Below are positions 38,887-49,400 of a stretch of DNA of 64,000 bases, piece after piece (within the stretch, counting starts at the first letter, position 1; every line of letters begins with the position of its first letter). The DNA lies in contig NC_086097.1 in NCBI RefSeq assembly GCF_963921235.1, forward strand, positions 143,966,001 through 144,030,000. Direction: 5' to 3'. The notes below the pieces were generated by a model that saw only the letters and a list, made by a program, of their open reading frames with translations, was not told the DNA's origin and made no database searches. The position numbers were made by a program, and so were the translations under genes. The DNA comes from Mobula hypostoma. Its lineage: Eukaryota.

Positions 38887-39795
38887 TCACCGATCCAAAG
38901 TAACAGAATTCCTGCTAAAGTCATCTCGATTTCCTTCGTTTTTCAAATCCGCAAAGACCTGTGTGAAATAATGAGGATCAGCGTTGATCTGCAGCATTTT
39001 GGTACTCATGGAGTTAATAATACGAAGGCACCGGTCCCAAAAAGCATCCTTGGCACTCTCTACTAAAAAGGGTTTCAGTGGGTAGGAGATCTCGTTGCCC
39101 ATGTAGGAGTAGGAGAGATACAGGCAGGTCAAGAGGGTGGCTTGCAAGTCATGCTCGGTGGCCACCTGGTCCCCATCGATGACATCCCTACAAAGCAAGT
39201 AGACAAAGACCACATTGGCTGGTGTGACAAATGCCTGGTCCTGCCAACCTTGAAGCAATAAGGAGCGATCGACACTGCGCAACCAAAGAACAGGATCCGT
39301 CGAGGACAAGTGCTTCACCCTGTAGCACCGACGGCAGAGGAACTCTCCCAGACACTTCAGCAGCTCACTGGTGGATGCCTGGACGATAACACGTTTGGGC
39401 GATCCTGCTCCACTGTTATGAGAGGAGGCCTTCTTGATGGAGGAGAGTTGTTTGGTGCCCAAAGGGTCAGTGGGTACCTGGAGTTCATAGCTGGAAAGGT
39501 TGGCACAAGAAAGAGACTTTTTCACATTTTCACTGTTGAGGAGTACCACGTCATTCTGGTGGTGGTAATGGCTAGGGTTGGACTTCCTGGAGCTTTTCTT
39601 CTTGGTTGAGGCCACCAGGCGCTTCCAGGTCAAGGCGGGGATAAACATGGAGTGACGTTTTAAGTTTTTGTCCTTCTGACCATTGTTTTTGGCACTTTGA
39701 ATGGCGTGGTAGTGATTCAAAGACTTGGAATCGGTACCATCCTCAAATAAACTAGATCTCCTCGAGCTAGGAGACAGAGACAACACGGTGCCCAT
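38887..39795 (-). CDS. CDK5R1: Cyclin-dependent kinase 5 activator (p35/CDK5R1-like; exact paralog uncertain), 302 aa, single coding exon
   Basis: MGTVLSLSP myristoylation start, [73 protein letters not shown]-terminal LDR; Kozak aaaATGG. Confidence 0.95.
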   Translation of the reverse strand: MGTVLSLSPSSRRSSLFEDGTDSKSLNHYHAIQSAKNNGQKDKNLKRHSMFIPALTWKRLVASTKKKSSRKSNPSHYHHQNDVVLLNSENVKKSLSCANLSSYELQVPTDPLGTKQLSSIKKASSHNSGAGSPKRVIVQASTSELLKCLGEFLCRRCYRVKHLSSTDPVLWLRSVDRSLLLQGWQDQAFVTPANVVFVYLLCRDVIDGDQVATEHDLQATLLTCLYLSYSYMGNEISYPLKPFLVESAKDAFWDRCLRIINSMSTKMLQINADPHYFTQVFADLKNEGNRDDFSRNSVTLDR

Positions 39796-39867
39796 TTTAC
39801 GTTGCTCGTTTTCAACCTACGCCTGTGAATTATAGATCCAACACTTCGAGTACTGGGGGGTCGGTGC

Positions 39868-40402
39868 CTTTAAGAGAAGGGGGAAAATGCCCGATTAATT
39901 CGTGCGAATTTCTGCATTCTCGATTTAATGCATTCTAACAAAAACGTCAAATTAACAGAATCATTGCAAATGCAAATCTCGGCGAATTTGCAAATTACAC
40001 TCCGCTGGAGAGCCAAGTAGCATTATCTGGTTAAAAAGATATCATAGCAATCAGCTATTCGGTGGCATTTGACGTTTAAACGAGGCAAAACAAATCCATT
40101 CGACAGCAGTTGAACGATTCCCGGATTAACATCAATTTGTGGCCCCGGCATCAGACCGCCCAGATGACGAAATTGGTCGAAAGGTCCAGCAGAAAATGCA
40201 CAGATGCAATGCAATTTGGTAGCCCCTCTTGATGGGAATTCCCCCCCCCCCAAATAAATCAGATTCTGGGTCCTGATACATTATAATTTTTTCCTAATTT
40301 AATAAATTAAAACGCAACTGTCCACTTCAAAATTATCCTACATACAATTATTTTCAGCAGGCAAAATTTTCCTTATGTATGGAGTAAATTCATGCATCTT
40401 AC
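39868..40402 (-). other. 5'-UTR intron of the CDK5 activator gene
   Basis: Donor CAG|GTAAGA at 40402; acceptor ttttcccccttctcttaaAG| at 39868, 72 nt upstream of the ATG. Confidence 0.7.
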
Positions 40403-40850
40403 CTGCGTCAGTTGAAATCTTTGTCCTCCTCTGCGGAAGGACTTATTATTAAAATGTTGGTGTTCAAAAGAGGCTGCAAAACGCGTTTTCGCTGTGCGTT
40501 GTGTATCAAGTTGACAGTCCACGGCGATTTCATCTAACGCTCCGTCTGGCTCCAGCTGTGTGTGCCGGAAACCAATTATTCAGAAGCCCTTTCAATTCCA
40601 CCCTTCATAATATCTACTTGCAAAAGAAACAGGCCATTCACCTTTTCAACCAGTTTATTCTTCATCCCCTCCGCCTCTATCTTTGTTGCTCCCACTAATT
40701 TTCTAAGGATTCTCGCTGCAGAAACGGCTCCCGACTCTTTCGCATCCCCTCCGCTCTGGCAGCTTCAGTGAAACCGGGCGGCTGAGACTGGGGTGGAGAT
40801 CTGCAGGCGGCACACGCCTCTCTTCCCCTCCCATTTCACGGACAGAGAAT
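40403..40850 (-). promoter_or_regulatory. Non-coding exon 1 and CpG-enriched promoter region
   Basis: Local CpG enrichment and GC-box-like gggcgg at ~40776; transcription start not determinable. Confidence 0.5.
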
Positions 40851-41629
40851 AAAATTCATTCTCTCGGGGGAAACCTGTCTTTTTTTTCGCCATCAGTGTG
40901 AATGGTAATTAGCAGATAATCTGTTTTAGTGATGTTGTTTGAAGGACAAATACCAGGTTAAAAGATAAGAGATCCTCTGATTTTTCCCCTCCTCCATTAT
41001 CACAGAATTGTTTATATTGGGGCACTGGTTTAACATTCCCCTAAAGGTGCCCGTCAACACTGCTTCATTACTGCATTAGCGTGTTGGCCCAGATTTTGCA
41101 CTCATCTCTCTGCAGAGGGACTGAAATCCAGAACCGGTGAAATGGATGCACTGAGGACAACATTGCACCGCGGGATTAAATAGTGAGGTTGAAATCAACT
41201 TCAATACTCGCGTTCTAAAGCACGTACAGGAACTTAAATTTCACAGGTTTTGTTAGCACACAATACATACTTAGGTTTATACATGCACATCCTTAACATG
41301 TTTAATCATTATCTGATGCCCGTACCACTGCTGTTTAACCCCAAATCATAGACCCATCTCCCTCTCCATACACACCTCTGTTCTGAATCTACTCGCCTAG
41401 TTCTGATGAAAGGTTAGCTCACTCCATTTAAAGCTTGTGCAGCATTTCTGGCAACTAGTGCCTTATTTTCTACAGTGCTTTGCTGATGGACACAATTACA
41501 CAGATCTCATATCTTTCCACCTCACTTCCTGTAGGGTCATATATTTAGTAGCTTCTTCGCCTCTTTTCCTTCTTGCATTTTTGTCACATCTAGCCTCATA
41601 TCCTTTCTGCTCAGAACCAAAATAGGGTT

Positions 41630-42012
41630 TCCCCCCTCGTACCCCATCTGTTACTCATTTTTATGCACACATTCTTTCTCTCACTCTCCTTTTTCTCCCT
41701 CTGTCCCTCTGAATATACCTCTTGCCCATCCTCTGGGTCACCCCCCCCCGTCTTTCTCCCTAGGCCTCCTGTCCCATGATCCTCTCGTATCCCTTTTGCC
41801 TATCACCTGTCCAGCTCTCGGCTCTATCCCTCCCCCTCCTGTCTTCTCCTATCATTTTGGATCTCCCCCTCCCCCTCCAACTTTCAAATCCCTTATTCAC
41901 TCTTCCTTCAGTTAGTCCTGACGAAGGGTCTCGGCCTGAAACGTCGACTGTACCTCTTCCTACAGATGCTGCTTGGCCTGTTGTGTTCACCAGCAACTTT
42001 GATGTGTGTTGC
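41630..42012 (+). repeat. Young Penelope-derived repeat
   Basis: CT-rich body followed by the hammerhead core and gatgctgcttggcctg..cagcaactttgatgtgtgttgc. Confidence 0.75.
41914..41949 (+). ncRNA. Minimal type I hammerhead ribozyme motif
   Basis: AGUC-CUGACGA-A-GGGU(CUCG)GCCU-GAAAC-GUC^-GACU; intact core, with palindromic ACGU as stem III. Confidence 0.7.
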
Positions 42013-43863
42013 TCCCATTCTTTAGGGACCTTTTGTATTACTCTGGTCCACTTCTCTGTTGGCCCCAATGCTTCCTCCCCTCTCTATGATATTAAATGAT
42101 CATATGTCACTATTGCCTCCATATTTCCTCCTTTTATACAGGCCCCAAGCGTTCTTTCCAAGTGAAACATTGAATTGCATGCACGTTTTAAATCTATTCA
42201 GTAATCGGCACTCATTGTTCTTCGTATGGTCATGTTTTGCAACACCAAAACATAAAAACTAATTGGAAGAGAAACAAGGGAGTCTGGAATGCGAATTTAA
42301 CTTCATTTGTACTCTGCATGTGGTGGCGTGATGATGTATATCATTTACATATTAACCCAAAATGTATGATGTAAACAACAAAGAATGCTTAATTAAACAG
42401 TATATTTACAATATTACAAAAATATTACTGAAATATTAAATACACAACAGTCCTCCCTGCTTAACTATAAACTCCAACTCAATACAGAATGCAACTCAAC
42501 TCAAATATGTAAGGTATTGCTCTGTAGTCATTAATATATACACACACACACACAGAAACACAGAATACTATACAAAACAACTACTATATACACATCTACA
42601 GCATAGTAAATATAGTCATAAAAAACTACAGCACAGAAACATACCATTTGGCCCAGCTAGTTCGTGCTGAACCATTTAAATAGCTTAGTCCCATTGACCT
42701 GCACCCAGACCATAGGCCTCCATACTCCTCCCAACATTGTACCTACCTAAACTTATCTTAGTCATTAAAATCAAAATCGCATCCACCACTTGTGTTCGCA
42801 ACTCCTTCCTTACTCTCACTACCATCTGAGTGAAGATGTTTCCCCTCATGTTCCCCTTAAACATTTCACCTTTCACCCTTAACCCATGACCTCTAGTTGT
42901 AGTCTGACCCAACATCAGTGAACAAAAGCCTTCATGAATTTACCCTATCTATGTCCTTTATAATTTTGTATGCCTCTATCAAACCTCCTCTCAATCTTCT
43001 ACGTTCCAGGGAATAAAAGTTTTACCTATTCAATCTTTCCTTATAACTCAGGTCCTCCAGTCCCATCAAAATCCTTGTAAATTTTCTCTACATACTTTCA
43101 ACCTTATTCACATCTTTCCCATAGGAAAGTGACCAAAACTGCAAACAATACTCTAAATTAGGCCTCACCAATGTCTTATACAAGTTCAACCTAACAACCC
43201 AAATTGTGCACTCAATACTTAGACCTATGAAGGCTAAAGTGCCAAAAGCTTTCTTTCTATCTACCTATGACGCCATTTTCAATGAATTATGAATTATTCC
43301 AAAATCCCTTTATTCTACCGCACTCCTTAATGCTCTACTGCTCACTGTGTACAACCTACCCTCACTGGTCCTCCCAAAGTGCAACAACTCACATCTATCT
43401 GCAGTAAATTCCATCTGCCATTTTTCCAGCTGGTCCAGATCCGAAGAGTCTTCCTCACTGTCTACTACGCTTCCAGCGTTGGTGTCATCCACAAATTTGC
43501 TGATCCAGTTAACCACATTATCATCCAGATCGCTGATATAGATGACAGACAACATATCCAGCACTAATCGTTCTGGCACTCCACTAGTCATAGGTCTCAG
43601 TCAGAGGGGCAACTACCACTGTCTGGCTTCTGCCACAAAGCCAATGTCTAATCCAATTTACTACCTTATCATGAATGCCAGGCGATTGAAACTTCTTAAC
43701 TAACCTCCCATGTGGGACCTTGTTGAATGCCTTAGTGAAGTCGATGTAGACAACATCCACTGCCTTGTCTTTATCCGTTTTCCTGGTAACTTCTTTGAAG
43801 AATCTGTAAGATTAGTTCGGCATTATCTACCACACACAAGGCGACAGTGACTATCCCTAATCC

Positions 43864-44472
43864 TGCATAAACTCTTTGCGGGCTCCCATTTGAATCCAGG
43901 AATCAATTTTAACCAATGTTTCAATGACAAACTCTGCCACCTTCATCAGCGATGATGCCTGCGCATGTCTAGTCCAGTGGTATATCTACTCAACTCCCAT
44001 CGTCTGTCCCTCCTGATTGGTTCGTCCTCAACCAATCAGGTTTCCGCTATCCCTCCATATTTAAAATCATATTCCGGCTCTTACTTGGAGCGAGACCTTT
44101 GTTTTTGTTGAAATTCTTATTTTCTGGACTTATTTCAATGGCTTCCCTCACCAGGTGGTCTCAAAAGCCGTTGGCGTTGCACAGTAATTCTGTAGGGTCA
44201 AAGTCATTTCCAAGGTGCAATGTTCTGCTGCCACTGATTTCTCCGGGTAGCCAAATGGATAGACCTCCTGTGCTCCTTGATGTGGGTTTCCACCATGTGT
44301 TCTGCCCGGACAATATACATACTCCATATTCACAGGGAATCCTGCAAACACCAGCCTATCTGAGTCCTGGGTCATCTTTGACCTGCATAAACTGCGATTT
44401 GAGCTTCCTTACCAGTTTGTGGATGATATTTATCCAGTATTTCTGCAGCTTCCTGGTGATCCTTCCAGAAAC
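43864..44472 (-). mobile_element. Penelope-like element 3' fragment (GIY-YIG endonuclease + pLTR with decayed hammerhead)
   Basis: VSGRITRKL..VKDDPGLR.AGVCRIPCE..GYPEKSVAAEHC..LVREAIEI; CTGATGA (43943-43949) and GAAAC (43918-43922) on the minus strand. Confidence 0.75.
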
Positions 44473-45254
44473 AACAATAGCCACTGGCCAGTCCTCTGGG
44501 ACCATGCTTGTGGCTAGAGAGGACACTAAGATACTGGTCAAGGGCCCAGCAATCTCATCCCTTGCCTCCTTCAATAACCTGGGGTAAACCCCATCAGCCC
44601 TGGTGACTTATCCACCTTAGTACTCATTATGAAGCCCAACACTTCCTCCTAGTTGTCTTCTAAACATCTTTATATATTGATATATCCAGAAAAAATCTCC
44701 TGGTCCTCCATATTTGTTTCCTTGGTAAATATTGAAGCAAAGTACGCATTAAGTACCTCACTCGCATTCTCCACATCCAAGTAAATGTCCACCACCACCC
44801 TCCCCCTTTATCATTGAGTGATCCTACCTTCTCCCTAGTTATCCTCTTGCTCTTGATGTATTTATAGAATGCCTTGGGATTCAACTTAATCCTACTTGCC
44901 AAGGACTTTTCATGCCCCCTCCTGGCTTTCCTAATTCCCTTTTTTAGTTCTTTTCTAGCTTCTTTATAATCCTCATGTGCACCATTTGATCCCAACTTCT
45001 GAAGCTTTACATACTTTTCCTTTTCCTTCTTGACTAAATTCATCACCTCTCTGGACGTCTAAGGTTCTCTTGTCTTTCCATCCCCATCCTTCCTTCTAAC
45101 AGCAACATAGCTTTCCTGTAATCAGTGCAATTGATCTTTAAACACCTCCACATGTCTGATGTGGACTTGCCAGAGAAAAGGTGTTCCCAATTAACACTTC
45201 TTATTTCCTGTCTAATGCCCACGTAATTTGCCCTACTCCAATTTAAAACTCTAC

Positions 45255-46466
45255 CACAAGGGCCAATAGACAATAGACAATAGACAATAGGTGCAGGAGT
45301 AGGCCATTCGGCCCTTCGAGCCAGCACCACCATTCACTGTGATCATGGCTGATCATCCACAATCAGTATCCATTTCCTGCCTTATCCCCATAACCTTTGA
45401 TTTTGCTATCTTTAAGAGCTCTATCCATCTCTTTCTTGAAAGCATCCAGAGACTTGGCCTCCACAGCCTTCTGGGGCAGAGCATTCCATATATCCACCAT
45501 TCTCTGGGTGAAAAAGGTTTTCCTCAACTCCGTTCTAAATGGCCTACCCCTAATTCTTAAACTGTGGCCTCTGGTTCTGGACCCACCCATCAGCAGGAAC
45601 ATCCTTCCTGCCTGCAGCGTGTCCAATCCCTTAATAATCTTGTATGTTTCAATAAGATCCCCTCTCAGCCTTCTAAATTCCAGAGTATACAAGCCCAGTC
45701 GCTCCAATCTTTCAACAGACGACAGTCCTGCCATCCCGGGAATTAACCTTGTGAACCTACACTGCACTCCCTCAATAGCAAGAATGTCCTTCCTCAAATT
45801 TGGAGACCAAAACTGCACACAGTACTCCAGGTGTGGTCTCACCAGGGCCCTGTACAGCTGCAGAAGGACCTGTTTGCTCTTGTACTCAATTCTCCTTGTT
45901 ATGAAGGCCAGCATGCTATTAGCTTTTTTCACTGCATGCTGTACTTGCATGCTTGCTTTCAGTAACTGATGTACAAGAACACCTAGATCTCATTGTGCTT
46001 CCCCTTTTCCTAACTTGACTCCATTTAGATAATAATCTGCCTTCCCATTCTTACCACCAAAGTGGATAACCTCACATTTATCCACATTAAACTGCATCTG
46101 CCATGCATCTGCCCACTCACCCAGCCTGTCCAAGTCACTCTGCATTCTCATAACATCCTCCTCACATTTCACACTGCCTCCCAGCTTTGTGTCATCGGCA
46201 AATTTGCTAATGTTACTTTTAATTCCCTCATCTAAATCATTAATATATATTGTAGACAGCTGCGGTCCCAGCACTGAACCCTGCGGTACCCTACTGGTCA
46301 CTGCCTGCCATTCCGAAAGGGACCCATTAATCGCCACTCTTTGTTTTCTGTCAGCCAGCCAATTTTCAATCCATGTCAGTACTCTGCCCCCAATACCATG
46401 TGCCCTAATTTTGCCCACTAATCTCCTATGTGGGACTTTATCAACGGCTTTCTGAAAGTCCATACC
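45255..46466 (-). mobile_element. Younger CR1 3' fragment nested in the older CR1
   Basis: (ctattgt)n tail at 45265-45290; ORFs 45363-45950 and 45990-46502 with VPQGSVLGP and KFADD. Confidence 0.9.
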
Positions 46467-49400
46467 TATCCTGAAAGTTAAGGAGCTGTGGCCACTGTTC
46501 ACCCACTGAAAGGTCAGTTACCTGGCCTGGGTAATTACCCAACACCAGGTCCAGTAGGGTCCCTTCTCTCACTGGACCATCCATATATTGATTTAAAAAC
46601 CCTTCCTGCATACCCATAATAAATTCTGCCCCATCTAAACCCCTTGCACCAAGAAGGTCCCAATTTATATTGGGAAGTTGAAATCCTTCATGCCAACAAC
46701 CCTATTATTTTTGTACATTTCCTTAATCTGATTACGTATCCATTCCTCAATGTCCCAGTGGCTATTGGGGACTCTGTAGTACAATCCCATCAGTGTGATT
46801 GCACCCTTCCTATTCCTGAATTCCACCCAAATGGACTCAGTGTCTGACCCATCCCCTGAATGCAGCTGTGATATTATCCCTGATTAGTAGTGCAATTCCA
46901 GCCGCTCTTTTACCTCCTCCTCTATCTTTCCTAAAGCTTTGAAAACTTGGTATATTAATCACCCATTCCTGCTCCTCTGTCAATCAAGTTTAAGTAATTG
47001 CTACAACATTGTATTTCCATGTACTGATCCATGCTCTAAGTTCATTACCATAATACTCCTAGCATTAAAATATACACACTTCAAACTGTCTGACCTATGA
47101 TACTCTGCTATTTCGATTTTGCCTTTCAATACTTCCCCTGACATCTACCTTCTGGTCCGATCCTTCCCTTACTGTTGTGGGCTTTGGTTCCGATCCCCCT
47201 TCAAAAGTAGTTTAAACTCTTCCAAGTAGCATCAAAAACCTCCCAGCCACGATATTGGTTCTGCTCCAGTTACTTTCACAATATCAGCAAAATGTAATTC
47301 AGCAGATTTGGTTGGAACAGTCAAACTCCTAAGCAAACTATACGCCTATAAATCCAATGCCCTCAGCAAAATTGGCACTCACTTCTCATTGGCTATTTTA
47401 TGTACTTCAAAATACTGTTCAATTTGTTCCTTATACACATTCCTGTTATCTCTTGTGCAATCGAATGTGTCTAGCTTTCCGATGTAGCGAGCCATTTCTT
47501 GTCTTATTTTTGATTTATGATTATTATCGCCCGGTAGTCACTATTTATGAACCCATGAATCTGCCCATTTTCTGCCTCTTTTTGAACTCAATGTCTCTGT
47601 CCCCTTGTGAAGAAAGCCACTGCGCATCAAAAAACAAGTGGTTGTCATTTAAATTGGGTTCATTTAAAATTTCCTTGTCACCGCTGTTATGTTTTATCAC
47701 TCCAAAACATAAAAACCAATTGGAAGAAAAACAAGTGACTCTGGAATGTGAGTTTAACTTCAGTTTTACTTTCAGCAAGGTGCTTACGTAACACATGGTG
47801 GAGTGATGATGTTTTCCATTTACATACTTTTACATATAACCCATAATACCTTATGTAAACAACAAAGAACACTTAATCAAATAATATATTTACAATATCA
47901 CTCAAATATTATTGAAATATTAAATACACAACCGTATGCTTTCTGCTAGTCTAAAAAGATCAGGTTTAAATCCTATGAGAAATATGCGGAGCACCATCAA
48001 TCGGTCTACAAGTGTAAAGCTGAGCTTCTTTGTTACTTCCATTCACCACCCCATTCCTAAGCGGAGCTGTCCATTTCCCAATACTCCAAAGAAGCTTAAT
48101 GCAAGTTCAAAGTACAGTAAATCATCCTTTGATCGAACATAGACTTCCAGAATCAGTGTCGCATTAAACAAACTTGGATACTGATTCTGCTATTTCAATT
48201 TTACATATAATTTATGAATAGCCTTTTATTTCCTTACCACATGCATTTCGGAAAAAGCTACAGAGGGTTGTAAAGTCAACCAGCTCCCTCATAGATACAA
48301 GCCTCACCACCATCGAGGTCATCCTCAAAGGCCGGTGCCTCAAGGAGGCAGCATCGATCACTAAGAACCCTCACCATCCAGGACATCGACTCTTTTCAAT
48401 GGTACCAAAAAGGAGGAGGTACAGGCTGAAGACACGTGCATTCTTCCCCTCCACCATCAGAATTCTGAGCTGTCCATGAACCCATGAATACTGTGTCACT
48501 TTTTCCTCTCCACACGGACCATACCCAAGGAGGTATCAGCTGAGCCACCCATAAAAAAATGAATGGGAAATCGCCTTGAGTTCTACATGCAATATTAATA
48601 CACATTATTAACATTTTGGCTAGCTGAGTTTTGTCAACATTCTCCAGTTTTACTTCAGATTTCCACCATCTGTTGTCTTCTTTCAGCAAAGTGGATTTTT
48701 TTTTTGTGTGTGATAGCACAAGGAGCTACTTTGCATTCATCTTCAGTAGAGAAGCAAATGCTACAAAGGTAGCAGTTTGGAGAAAGGTTAGCATAAACAG
48801 ATACAAAGAGGAGGCACTTAATGAATTATCAAGGAAGAAAAGTCACTAAATCCAAACAGGAGAAATCCTAGAACCTAATGGAATTAAGGGTGGAAATTAC
48901 AGAGGATCAGGCTACAGTTTTCCAGTTGACTTTGTATGTCACAGAATTATAGACTAAGGATTAGAAGCTTGTAAATTTCACACGCCTGCTTAAATAGAGA
49001 AGATGATTAAATATGGGACCAATAAACCAATCAGCCTAGCATTAATGGCAGGATGACATAGATGAAATTAACTGGTATTTGTGCAACAGTTCCTCAACAA
49101 TTTAAAATCAGTATGAATTGTTCTGATTCTGAACCAATTCTGATCAGAGTATGGAGAGGCTTGATCAGGGTAGCACTATTAGTGGGCATATAACATTTTA
49201 AAAAGCACTTTATTTGATAATGTACCACATTATCTTATTTGCATCTTGACAAAATTCATGGGATTAAATAGAGACAGCTTTTGCACAAAATTGACTTGGG
49301 ACAAAAAGCAGAGAGTTCTCCTGAATGGTTGCTTTTCAAATGAGTTTTCCAAAATGGTGGGATCAGCACCATTGCACTTTATATGGATGTTAATGAATTT

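Larger units (their letters stand above)
42615..47270 (-). mobile_element. Old CR1 LINE inside the Gypsy element, interrupted by Penelope and a younger CR1
   Basis: Tail at ~42615; SGVPER..KFVDDT; EIAGPL..VPEDW; EN region ~46470-47080. Confidence 0.8.
42228..47933 (-). mobile_element. Gypsy LTR retrotransposon shell (LTRs ~42228-42449 and ~47685-47933), internal region largely replaced by CR1
   Basis: Two similar ~220-250 bp LTRs; GTAT TSD; PPT-like gcagggagga (minus) next to the left LTR; PBS-like cggtgacaagg; gag start MARYIGKLDTFDC..EQYFEV at ~47495. Confidence 0.75.

Noticed and set aside
39310..39609. 99-aa plus-strand ORF
   Set aside because: Antisense to the CDK5 activator CDS, with no independent support.
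40829..40849. Possible RE1/NRSE site (ACGGACAG) in the promoter
   Set aside because: Only the right half-site matches; the left half TTCAGCACC is absent.
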